In this document: piece after piece, positions 1-12,000 of the stretch | Numbering within the stretch: position 1 is the stretch's first letter | Layout of the letters: each line of letters opens with the position of its first letter | Source: Microbotryum violaceum | Taxonomy: Eukaryota | Reading direction: 5' to 3' | NCBI GenBank assembly: GCA_001244265.2 | Contig: LN717261.1 | Span: 1 to 64,000 of the forward strand | DNA: 64,000 nucleotides | Made by a program: the position numbers and the translations under genes | Notes under the pieces: model-generated | Seen by the model: only the letters and a program-made list of their open reading frames with translations | Told to the model about the DNA's origin: nothing | Databases searched by the model: none

Positions 1-2190
1 AACAAGCGAAGCGAGAGGGAAAGAAGCACTGTGCGTGGCTGAGCGTATTCCATGACCAAATGACCAGGGTCTGCACGAATGTACAAGTCACAGAGATGGA
101 ATGGTGATCACACGTATCCAGTTGGTCGAGCAAATCGCCGAGGTTGATTGAGAGTGCGGAGGATCGTCAAGGTCCAATGCCGAATTCGAGCGCGGAGTGG
201 TCCGAAGAAGCCCGAGTCCTGGCTGTATGGATCATTGTGCGCAATGTAGGACGGTGTTTGAGTAAGATGTCAGCGGATGAGGAGGTGTTCCGTGAGAAAT
301 CTTGAGAGCTTTATCAGCAAGTCAATTGGTTGATGCGATCGACAAGGGAAGAACCCAGCATGCAAGTGCGGTCAACTTGAACGGCAAGGAGACGACCGGG
401 AATGTGGGATGTTTAGAGCGACAAGTTGAGACGTAGTGGCTTTGGACGGATGACTCGAAGAGCTGGATCACGAGTGCGGAAGTTTGAGTGGATCGCGGCG
501 GGGTTGAGACGGATGAAAGTGCTTGAGCCGATGATGGTCTCGGACTCGACATTGACGAGAACAGTCGGGTCGTGCAACAGATGTTCCAACAAACCCCGAG
601 CTAGCCGCGTCGATGAGACTCTTCGACTCAATCAAGAAAGAGATGTGAGGGATTGCATTCGTGTGCTTGATTGACGTTGACGACGCGAGGTGATCGTGGT
701 GAAGCGGTGACCGAATACGTGTCCGACCGAGAACGCTCGAGCGATGCATTGACCTAAGCTTGAAGGCTGCTGAAAGTGACCGCACTCTCTCAGGTTGCAG
801 TCTTTGTATCGTGTTGAAGACGGCAGTGTTGTTGACCACGTGGTGCGACGTCGCACCGTGCGCGAATCAGTCGGCTTGAAGTGACACGTCGAGCTGTAGT
901 TGGGAGAGACCAAGTTGCATCTTGCACATTGCATGGCGCATGTGAACGATGTGAAAGCATGTGAAGTCGAGGTGTGGCGTGGCGCGATCAGTGCCGAGTC
1001 CGAGTCGAGTGGTCCGAGTGAGAAGTGAGTGGCGAGAGGGAAAGGAGCGTTGGCGCGCGCGAGTCCGAAGTCGAGCCTATCAGCTAACCGCGCGAGAACC
1101 CGAAGCTCCGAGTCGGCGCACTCGGCGGTGAGATCGGTCTCCGATTGGCTCAGGTCCAGTCAACCTTTAAAGGCGTATATCTTTTTGAAACTCGAAAAGG
1201 GATGCGAGAAAGTTCCAAGGCTAGAGAGAGCGAGTAATTCCGAGGTCAGGGCTTGGCCGGGGTCGTTGAACGAGTGAGTCGGCCGGCGTCCGCGGCAAAC
1301 ACGTCGACTCGTCCAGGTCACTGAGCGTGCTTGTACAATTGACATTATTTTAAGGAAGGGCTGTTCTGGGCATTTAGATGAGTTATGTCGGAAGATTGAG
1401 GGAAAGACATCGTATTCGGGAGCACATTTTTGATCCGATTACGGGCGAGATCATCGCGCGATGGTAGACGAGACTCCGAGTCATAGTCACGCCAGGCGTG
1501 TCTTGGAAGCAGGTCTCACTGGGAGTCCCTCGCAGACCGCACTACTATGATATGAATGAAGAGAGAGGTATATCTGGTAGCGTTGAGATTAGGCTTTCTT
1601 TAATAGAACGTCGGTGACAAGATGAAGCGGTCGGCACTTCGTTTGCGCACAACTTGAAGTTCGGTCACCAAATACACATGCTATCATGTTCTCCTTGCAG
1701 GTGCAAAGTGGATCTACTCATACAATTGTTCAACGGCATCATTATTATCTGATCTCGATGTGTACCTAAAATCAAGTGAACGGACATGTCCGTACAATTA
1801 TTCTGGCCCGAGGACAAAAAGCAGTGGACCGCGCGGGCGCCCCAAAGTCGTCAAGGCCACAAAGACTAGTGTCCTTGAGTATACTCAAAGCACAATGCAT
1901 AATAGCACAAATTAAGCATGTACACATCAGTTGGGATTGGGACAGATTTACAATAAACTTATTTACGTCTACAAGTCCTCAAGTCTGCCGTGCCTCAGCT
2001 CCAGCGATATACCGAAGCCCGAAATGGGTTTCCCATTTCGGAAATCGCGAACGCCGGTGGCCGAAGGCTGAGAGTGCGGCTGGCCCCACCCCTCTCTCCA
2101 ACTTAATACCACAGAATCCTCGCGCGAGCTTCTTTGCAAGCGCCTCGCGGAAGTCTGTGCCATGTGATATTTGGCAATGGCCCATATATA

Positions 2191-4908
2191 CAGTGGATTT
2201 CAGCAGTGCGCGAGCAATTGACCGTGCACCTCGATTCGACGGTTTTTGGCGTGTGCCGCCCTCCAGAGTCGAAAAAGTGGATTTTAGCAGTGCACGAGCA
2301 ATCGACCGTGCACCTCGATTTGACGGTTTTTGGCTTGTGCCGCCCTTCAGAGTCGAAAAAGTGGATTTCAGCAGTGCACGAGCAATTGACCGTGCACCTC
2401 GATTTGACGGTTTTTGGCTTGTGCCGCCCTTCAGAGTCGAAAAGTGGATTTCAGCAGTGCACGAGCAATTGACCGTGCACCTCGATTTGACGGTTTTTGG
2501 CTTGTGCCGCCCTTCAGAGTCGAAAAGTGGATTTCAGCAGTGCACGAGCAATTGACCGTGCACCTCGATTTGACGGTTTTTGGCTTGTGCCGCCCTTCAG
2601 AGTCGAAAAAGTGGATTTCAGCAGTGCACGGGCAATCGACCGTGCACCTCGATTTGACGGTTTTGCCAAAAAAGTGGATTTCAGCAGTGCACGAGCAATC
2701 GACCGTGCACCTCGATTTGACGGTTTTTGACTTGTGCCGCCCTTCAGAGTCGAAAAAGTGGATTTCAGCAGTGCACGAGCAATCGACCGTGCACCTCGAT
2801 TTGACGGTTTTTGGCGTGTGCCGCCCTTCAGAGTCGAAAAAGTGGATTTTAGCAGTGCACGAGCAATCGACCGTGCACCTCGATTTGACGGTTTTTGGCT
2901 TGTGCCGCCCTTCAGAGTCGAAAAGTGGATTTCAGCAGTGCACGAGCAATTGACCGTGCACCTCGATTTGACGGTTTTTGGCTTGTGCCGCCCTTCAGAG
3001 TCGAAAAGTGGATTTCAGCAGTGCACGAGCAATCGACCGTGCACCTCGATTTGACGGTTTTTGGCTTGTGCCGCCCTTCAGAGTCGAAAAGTGGATTTCA
3101 GCAGTGCACGAGCAATTGACCGTGCACCTCGATTTGACGGTTTTTGGCTTGTGCCGCCCTTCAGAGTCGAAAAGTGGATTTCAGCAGTGCACGAGCAATT
3201 GACCGTGCACCTCGATTTGACGGTTTTTGGCTTGTGCCGCCCTTCAGAGTCGAAAAGTGGATTTCAGCAGTGCACGAGCAATTGACCGTGCACCTCGATT
3301 TGACGGTTTTTGGCTTGTGCCGCCCTTCAGAGTCGAAAAAGTGGATTTCAGCAGTGCACGGGCAATCGACCGTGCACCTCGATTTGACGGTTTTGCCAAA
3401 AAAGTGGATTTCAGCAGTGCACGAGCAATCGACCGTGCACCTCGATTTGACGGTTTTTGACTTGTGCCGCCCTTCAGAGTCGAAAAAGTGGATTTCAGCA
3501 GTGCACGAGCAATCGACCGTGCACCTCGATTTGACGGTTTTTGGCGTGTGCCGCCCTTCAGAGTCGAAAAAGTGGATTTTAGCAGTGCACGAGCAATCGA
3601 CCGTGCACCTCGATTTGACGGTTTTTGGCTTGTGCCGCCCTTCAGAGTCGAAAAAGTGGATTTCAGCAGTGCACGAGCAATTGACCGTGCACCTTGATTT
3701 GACGGTTTTTGGCTTGTGCCGCCCTTCAGAGTCGAAAAGTGGATTTCAGCAGTGCACGAGCAATTGACCGTGCACCTCGATTTGACGGTTTTTGGCTTGT
3801 GCCGCCCTTCAGAGTCGAAAAGTGGATTTCAGCAGTGCACGAGCAATTGACCGTGCACCTCGATTTGACGGTTTTTGGCTTGTGCCGCCCTTCAGAGTCG
3901 AAAAGTGGATTTCAGCAGTGCACGAGCAATTGACCGTGCACCTCGATTTGACGGTTTTTGGCTTGTGCCGCCCTTCAGAGTCGAAAAGTGGATTTCAGCA
4001 GTGCACGAGCAATTGACCGTGCACCTCGATTTGACGGTTTTTGGCTTGTGCCGCCCTTCAGAGTCGAAAAAGTGGATTTCAGCAGTGCACGGGCAATCGA
4101 CCGTGCACCTCGATTTGACGGTTTTTGGCTTGTGCCGCCCTTCAGAGTCGAAAAGTGGATTTCAGCAGTGCACGAGCAATTGACCGTGCACCTCGATTTG
4201 ACGGTTTTTGGCTTGTGCCGCCCTTCAGAGTCGAAAAAGTGGATTTCAGCAGTGCACGGGCAATCGACCGTGCACCTCGATTTGACGGTTTTGCCAAAAA
4301 AGTGGATTTCAGCAGTGCACGAGCAATCGACCGTGCACCTCGATTTGACGGTTTTTGACTTGTGCCGCCCTTCAGAGTCGAAAAAGTGGATTTCAGCAGT
4401 GCACGAGCAATCGACCGTGCACCTCGATTTGACGGTTTTTGGCGTGTGCCGCCCTTCAGAGTCGAAAAAGTGGATTTTAGCAGTGCACGAGCAATCGACC
4501 GTGCACCTCGATTTGACGGTTTTTGGCTTGTGCCGCCCTTCAGAGTCGAAAAAGTGGATTTCAGCAGTGCACGAGCAATTGACCGTGCACCTTGATTTGA
4601 CGGTTTTTGGCTTGTGCCGCCCTTCAGAGTCGAAAAAGTGGATTTCAGCAGTGCACGAGCAATCGACCGTGCACCTCGATTTGACGGTTTTGCCGAAAAA
4701 GTGGATTTCAGCAGTGCACGAGCAATTGACCGTGCACCTCGATTTGACGATTTTCGGCTTGTGCCGCCCTTCAGAGTCGAAAAAGTGGATTTTAGCAGTG
4801 CACGAGCAATCGACCGTGCACCTCGATTTGACGGTTTTTGACTCGTGCCGCCCTTCAGAGTCGAAAAAGTGGATTTCAGCAGTGCACGAGCAATTGACCG
4901 TGCACTGT
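2191..4908. repeat. Tandem satellite of ~33 units of 83/84 bp, four of them shortened to 63 bp
   Basis: Unit AAAAGTGGATTTCAGCAGTGCACGAGCAAT(T/C)GACCGTGCACCTCGATTTGACGGTTTTTGGCTTGTGCCGCCCTTCAGAGTCG repeated head-to-tail. I counted 34 GTGGATTT starts from 2193 to 4869. The repetitive ORFs in the track reflect this periodicity. Confidence 0.98.
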
Positions 4909-5500
4909 CAATTTTCATTTTCACTGGGAATTTGGGGTTCTATTCCAAAACGTATCCCGGAATTGGCCTGTACCCCACCTATGATACGTATATACTGGAC
5001 CAGATGATGTGACTTGACGTTTTCATGAGCTCGGAGTTTCTGAGTTTTCTCTCCTGATCTTCCTCCCCTCTCCTTTCCTCTCTCTCTCTTTCTCTCTCTC
5101 TTTCTCGATTGTGCCTATTCCCTAACACCACGGAATAAGAAGGGTGGTTGGTGCTCAGATGATTGGAATCACACTTTTGGTGCTTTCAGGAGTGTGGGGG
5201 CTGCATGGATCTAGTGGCTATGACTTTACATACGTCCAACCCCCCTTTTCAAGAAACATTGATTCTGCGTAGATAGCCGAATATACCTAATCAGGCTTGA
5301 TACAACAACAACAAAAACGTTGGATGTTGCCGAAACATGAGAAACAGACAAAAAACGCCCTCGAAAGATCGCGGAAAGACAGAGATGCGCTCGCTACCTC
5401 TCATAAGACAGTGGCGAAAGGTCTTGGCCGGTCCACCCGGTGGAATAGTTTCGGGTGGTTATCATGCTTCAAAGAGGTCATGCCCCGTCCGCCCGGGGCC

Positions 5501-5935
5501 CAAGCGCTAGTGGGACTACGCCGGGTGGGAATAGTTTCGGGTCGTTATTTCTTCGATCCATTGCAGAATCGGTCTACTCGTCCAAGACGGTAGGTGGACC
5601 AAGCTTTTTGAAAACCTAGGTCAGGCACACTCAGGTGAGACTCGGTCGAGACTCGAACGTTTCTGTTTCTCGGAAAGGATCGACGCCACAGGGGTCGACG
5701 CGGCCAGGGCTGTCCCCCAAGCGCTAGTGGGACTACGCCGGGTGGGAATAGTTTCGGGTCGTTATTATTTCTTCGATCCATTGCAGAATCGGTCTACTCG
5801 TCCAAGACGGTAGGTGGACCAAGCTTTTTGAAAACCTAGGTCAGACACACTCAGGTGAGACTCGGTCGAGACTCGAACGTTTCTGTTTCTCGGAAAGGAT
5901 CGACGCCACAGGGGTCGACGCGGCCACGGCTGTCC
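5501..5935. repeat. Near-identical tandem duplication of a ~217-bp segment
   Basis: CAAGCGCTAGTGGGACTACGCCGGGTGGG starts at 5501 and again at 5718. The copies differ by a 3-nt indel and a few substitutions. Confidence 0.92.
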
Positions 5936-6316
5936 GTGCGAGGGAGTAGCCCGTTCTAACCCAGCGGTCCAACGGGCGCCAGGCTCGGCACGGTGTCAGA
6001 TGCTTGGGATATCTAGTGCTGGAAGCTCCGAACGGTCGACCGTTGCAATTACAACGATCCCTATTAGGTACCTGCACTAAATTGTTTCGCACGTCCCCGA
6101 CCCCTGAATGCGACAAAAGCCTGGCCCGGGCGACGTCCAAACCGGTCCAAATTGGCCCTTCCCCTATTGTCGAGCTGGCGTGCCCGAAATCTGAATCCGT
6201 GCCACCGCAGGCCACCCTCGTCTCTTTCCTTCCCTTTCCTGTGTGCTCTCATAGCCAAATCACCATTCATCAAAGTCCCACTTCGAACGTTAAACCTCCA
6301 AGCCTCTGCACGAAAC

Positions 6317-6991
6317 ATGGTCCGCTTCCATCTCTTTGGACTCGTCGCAGTCGCGCTCGCGATCCAAGCCCCCCCCCTCGCGCTCGCGATCCAAGGCCCC
6401 CCAGCGTTCGAATCCTTGGACTCAAGATGTAGAGACCAGGCCGACCAAGCCCAACACACCTCCTCCTCACTCGTACGTGCTGGGGTGCTTCTGATATCAT
6501 TGTCTGTTCTGTGTGTTTGCGAACTGACCCCCATGACTACGTGAAAATCTTCCATCACAGCACCGGGAGGGGACCTGTGCAAGCTTGAAGGCGGATTTCG
6601 TTGCTGACGAATACGCATTACGATGCCAGTGTGGAGGCCAGGATTGGTGGGCAAAATACCAGAAGTGCCTCGACGCTCGTACGTGCTTGCCTCCTTGAAG
6701 ACATGATGCGACTTTTGGTCTTGACAATTGCTTACACATCATATCTTCGGTGTCCTCCGCACTTCAGACCGCAATTCCTGGCTGAAGAACGACATCTCGA
6801 AAGACAAGAAAAAGCGCTGCACCTACTGCAAGAGCGTCTATGAACCCTATAAAGGGGGGGATTCTAACCCTTCACGTGAGCCTTTTCGAATTTGTCAAGC
6901 ATGGCGAGCCGGCGTTTCGTAGGTGTATGTGCCGTAACTGATGATATTTTTGATCATGGAAATCGCGGCAGTCTACGGATGTTCAAATTGA
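6317..6991 (+). CDS. Small secreted 8-Cys protein (candidate effector), 4 exons, 133 aa
   Basis: Exons 6317-6472, 6561-6678, 6768-6875 and 6972-6991 have GTACGT/GTACGT/GTGAGC donors and CAG acceptors and splice in frame (402 nt). Protein: MVRFHLFGLVAVALAIQ...RCRDQA...TCASL...YALRCQCGGQDWWAKYQKCLDA...KRCTYCK...LYGCSN*. Hydrophobic N-terminal signal peptide. Confidence 0.8.
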
Positions 6992-9029
6992 GCGAGTCAA
7001 AATCCAACATGTCGCGGCGGCTTCGTGCGTCGTCGACTTCCACCCTCGCTCGAGCTCGAGTCGCTGTCATGGTCGGGTTTCATCACACCCGCCACTTCTA
7101 GGTATTACTCAATTGGGATCTATTTTTGTGTCCTGTCGTTTCGTAGATCCGTCTCCCCTTTCCCCCCAAGTCAGTTTTCTCTTTCGCATTCTTTTCAGCA
7201 ATCGATCGCAGGCCTGGCTTGTTCAAAAAGTTGCTGTCAGAAATGAGTGTGCCTTGAAGAGGAGGATGGACTTAGCGCCAAGCAGCGAGTCCAGTCTCGC
7301 TCACTATGAGAGCATAGTCTCAAGGTATTGGCGACATTTAAGCTTGAGCTGCGCCTGCTCTCTTCTACCCTCTGCTGTTCTCCGCAAGTATTTCTCCCGA
7401 GCGCTCGAGCCGATCGACCTCTGCGAATTCAGTTGCGATCCGCCCGGTTACAATACTCGAGTCGTTCGTGTTTCCCTGATGCCTTGAATTGTCCTGGGCC
7501 ACAAATCCTTGTCAATCCCTTGATCATGACTTTGCGTCTGCAAAACGTTGAGATCGAGTTGGTGGGAACAAGTGAGGTCCTCGTGAATGTGCCGAGCTCG
7601 GCTAAATAAATGCGACCACCTGCCAAGTCTGGAGTATTGCGCCTCGGTTCGACGGGTTTGGGGATGAGTCCCGAGGTTGAGGACTACTTCGGGACGATGG
7701 AGTGGGCACGGGGTGTCGGGCCAAGCGTTGCGAAACTCGGCGGGTGGTGGACGTGTCCGATCGCGACGTGGAAGGCGATCGAGGCGTTTGTTGTGGGTCC
7801 GTTGAAGGAGCCACGGTGATCGGGAAGGGTGAGGATGAGGTTGTGAGTTCGGGAGTGGAGCCAAGTATAGGCAGAATTAGGTCGTGGTGGGTGGGTTGTG
7901 CGGTGAATGGGGTTTTGTTTTTGTGTTGTTTGGGGGGATGGTTGGGAAACGCTGCAGGGCGGCCTGTCGCAATCGCCACTTGGAGCAGAAGGTTCTGACG
8001 GCACTGCACACGATTCTCAACGGAAGGGAGGAGATGAGATGAGATGAGATTCAAGAGAGATTCAATGCAAGAGAAGGTCAAGTCTAAGCTACGAAGACTA
8101 GAATGGCTTTCACAACGGGCGCGGCGCACCTCGGCGCACGAGGGCGCACGGCGGAGGCGCTCTGGGCTTCGAATTCCTGACCGATTAGTAACCGAGGACG
8201 GCCCAGAACGGCCCCCGGCGCCGTCAGAGAAGTTGATATCATGAGGGTCCATGGCGATGTGGGTCGACTTGCCAATTGTCAACAACGGGACTTGGGTCCT
8301 GAGTCGCATTGTCCTCGGGGCGTCTGCTTTTCCTGTCGAGAGCACGCTTGTCCCACCACTGACCACTGCAGACGTGAGATTGAGCGAGAATGCTGCAGTA
8401 CACGTGCGGCCGCGCGCCTGGTGGTCGCCATGAGGCCCCGCTTGGACCCCGCTCTCAGCCGCGCCGCAAAGGTTCAGCCTCACAGGCACCAGCCGGTGCA
8501 CGCGCGGTGACCAGGGAGGCGCACCCGCCTCACCTCCTCTGCGGGCCTCCTCAAGGCCACCTCGCGGCTTCATGACATGACCACAGCATCGTTTCAACAT
8601 TGCAATGAGTGTTTCCAAGAGTGTTCCCAACTGTAATCACATCATCACAGGGGTGCTTGAAGCGTGTCAAGCGAGGTGTGTGAACACGAGCCCGACCTCA
8701 TCCACCTCGGCCCCCCCCCCCCCTCCCCTCTCCTCCCCCTCCCGACCCTTCTCCCCCCACGACCTCCTCTCCAACCTCCTCGGGCTCAACAACATCTACA
8801 ATTCGCCAAACCCCGCCCCACCTACACCTCCAACAGGCAAATCGCCCTCCGACCCACAAACAGGCACGTGCACCTCGTGCTTCTCTCGTGCCGCGACTCT
8901 CTACCACTCTCTACCCAGACAGTTGCCCTACCTTCTACCCTGATCGTAGCCCAGTTACCCACACCTGGTACCCTCCTCGTGCAGCGGCCCCCTCCCCAAC
9001 CAACGACTTGGACCCCGTGTTTCCTTGCA

Positions 9030-12000
9030 ATGGCAGACCACATTACCCAGATGCGAGCGGACTACAATGCCATTGAGGATCTGTCAGATGAAGCAGCCCT
9101 CCGACCTCTTGCTTTTAAGGAATTCGTCAACAAGGTCAAAATCGCCATGACCGATTTTCAGAACCTCGGAGCTCCGCTTCCGCATTGGCTGTTTGCAGGC
9201 ATGCTCGTTCGGTCGCTCCCAGCCCAGTATGACTCGATCGTTGGGAACCTTGCCTCCGACATCGACATCCACATGGTTTGGAACACGTTCTATCCCAAAC
9301 TGCTGATGAACGTCGAAATGGCTGATTCCCGAAACAAACAAAAGGAATCGTTATCCGCTCGGATCGTTGACGATACCAGCCTCGTCGCCCGTATTTCCAC
9401 CACGGCGCAAAAGGACTACTCCAAGTCGTATTGTTCGCGCTTCAAAGCACTGGGACACGAGCGTGGTTGGCGTCTCTGTCCAAGCAGGAACAAGGATGCG
9501 AGCGCTCCCGCTTCCTCGGACTCAATTTCGAACGTAGCTGCCATTGGTGTAGATGAATCTGCATTGATGACCTACACTTTCCCTTATTCGCGAACGATGC
9601 CACGTTTTCCATGGATCATTGACTCGGGTGCTAAGGTCCATTGCGTTGGAGACAAGTCGGTCCTATCGGACGTTATCTCTGAGCCTCTCAAAATCTCTGT
9701 CGCCGATCAATCTCAAATCGAATCTCCCGGTCATGGCTCAGTGACGTTTCTTACCTCATATGGCGCTCGTATCATCATTAAGAGGGTCTACTACATTCCC
9801 GGTGCTCAATGCGGTTTTATCTCCATCGACCGTCTGTTGGAATCGATGACGTACGCTGTTGGTCCCCAAAGCAATCTCATTTTTAGCATCCGCGGCAAGT
9901 CGATTCTGCGCTCGCTTCCTGGTCGGGGTTTGTCATGGATGCAGCTCCCGTTCAGCCTATCATGTCATCCTCATTGCCTTCAATGGTCGGAGCCAATCGT
10001 CTCACTGGAACCTGTACGTTGATGGAAGCACACCTGAAGTTGGGCCATCAATCTCCTGCGGCGATCGTTTTGGCCGTCAAATCCGGGGCTATCACTGGCA
10101 TCACTCTGAAGGACGAAAAGGTTACTCCTTGCTTCTCGTGCATCCAGGCCAAGTCAAAGCGATCACCCTTCTCCAACAAGAGTACCGAAGCGCCTCATGC
10201 ACTCTACCGCGTCTTTATCGATCTCGGGTTTGTCGAACATCCCAATCGAAATGGCGATACTATCTATCTCGCTATCGTGGATCAGTATTCGACGGCTAAA
10301 TGGACGATCGTGCTAAAGGACAAGAGGGCTGAGACGATTATCGAAGCATGGTCGAAGTTTCAAGCCGAGTCCGAGCGTCAAACGGGTCAGAAAATCAAGA
10401 GGGTCAGATCGGACGATGGTCGTGAATTCAACAACTCATTGTTTCGGGCTCTTCTTGAAAAGCAGGGCACCATCGTGGAATTCACGGCCCCCTATACTCC
10501 GGAGCAAAATGGTCAAGTAGAGCGACTCAATGGATCTCTCATGGGTCTCGTTCGATCAATGCTCCTCGACTCCGGTCTTCCCATGCGATTCTGGTCAGAT
10601 GCTCTGGCCGTCGCGACATTTGTTCTCAATCGTCGACCACATCCTCGTATTCAAGGAAAAACGGCAATCGAAGTCCTTCTCGGCAAGAAGCCTAGTCTTG
10701 CTCATCTTCAGCCATTCGGATCTACGGCGTTTGTCCACGTTCCCAAGGAGCGTCGCTCCAAGCTTGTGTAAGGCGCCGCTCCGCTTACGCCTCACGACGA
10801 CCTCGAGCCGACCTCTGCGGCCTCACGCTTGCCCTCGCGCGCGGCGCCGCCGCGTCTCTTGACCTTAGTCCTTTTAGTAGTCTTTCTTCGCCTGCGAATT
10901 ACACCGTTTGATCCTTTCAGTTTGGACTCGGAACCAGTGAGGCTCGAGAGCAATCTCGTGCCTTTCAGCTTGCACCTCGCTCCATTCAGGGAGTTTTCAT
11001 CGGGTACTCCGGTGAATACAACTACCGTGTCTGGGTCCAATTGTCGAAACAGGTCTACGTTTCGCGTCACATCACATTCCTTGAGACTCCTTCCGTCGTC
11101 ACTTCGTCTCAAGATCATGCGGACGCTTCCGATCCCGTTCATCATTCTCAACCTCCTCATCCTCCGCCAGATGTGTTGCCGTCTACACCAACTTCACCTG
11201 TTGTGGATCTAGCTTTGCCGGATCCACAGCCTCCTCCGGTGGTTCCAATTGAATTCGGTCAACAGGGGGGGGGGGATCTTGCAGTCGTTCCTCGTAAGGA
11301 TGACGACAATGACGACAACGATGGACTCGACGATGGACCTGATAACTATCATGACGCAGAAGAACCACTCGACGGTGAGGCGGAAGTCGTTCTCGCTCCT
11401 CGTGAAGGTTACGCCGTCGTTCGCACTGTTCCAAATCCTGGCCAATTCGAGAATGTTGATCCTTCCAACATCCTTCCTGCTGGTTCTCGTCGTCGACCTC
11501 AACCTCCGGAAAATATACTTCCCATCATTTCGGCTATCATGGTCGATGTCTTGGATACTCCACCCATGTTCCACAACAAGCTTTCCTACGATGCCTACTG
11601 TGCTGCCGTGTTCGCCGAAGAAGACATCGAGATACCTAAGACATTCGAGGAAGCCATGAAGTCACCCTATCGCAACCATTGGAGTGCGGCAATGGTCTCA
11701 GAACTTCTACAATTTGATCATCATGGAGTCTTTCAGGAAGTCAAGTGGCACGAAGGAATTCGGGTACTCGGCACGATCTGGGTCTACAGTATCAAGCGCA
11801 ATGCAAACGGCAAAATCATTCGTTTCAAAGCTCGTCTCGTTGCTCAAGGATTTGCTCAACGCCCAGGCATCGACTACCATGACACCTACGCTCCTGTCGC
11901 TCATTCTTCGACGATTCTGTTCTTGATTGCTCTGGCTGCTGCTCAGGGCCTGTATCTCGAACAGTTCGATTTCGACTGCACCTTTCTCAACGGCAAGATG

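Noticed and set aside
1-1324. Degenerate transposase plus a hAT-like terminus (…GGTCACTG at ~1324)
   Set aside because: Broken minus-strand frames show no recognisable motif, and the partner end would lie outside the window.
2191-4908. CRISPR-like array, or repeat protein from the many ORFs
   Set aside because: There are no unique spacers and no cas genes, and the context is eukaryotic. The ORFs arise because 84 and 63 are multiples of 3 and shift frame at every 83-bp unit.
7100-8630. ORFs 7602..8630 (-) and neighbours as genes
   Set aside because: No recognisable domain, codon pattern or consistent splice model.
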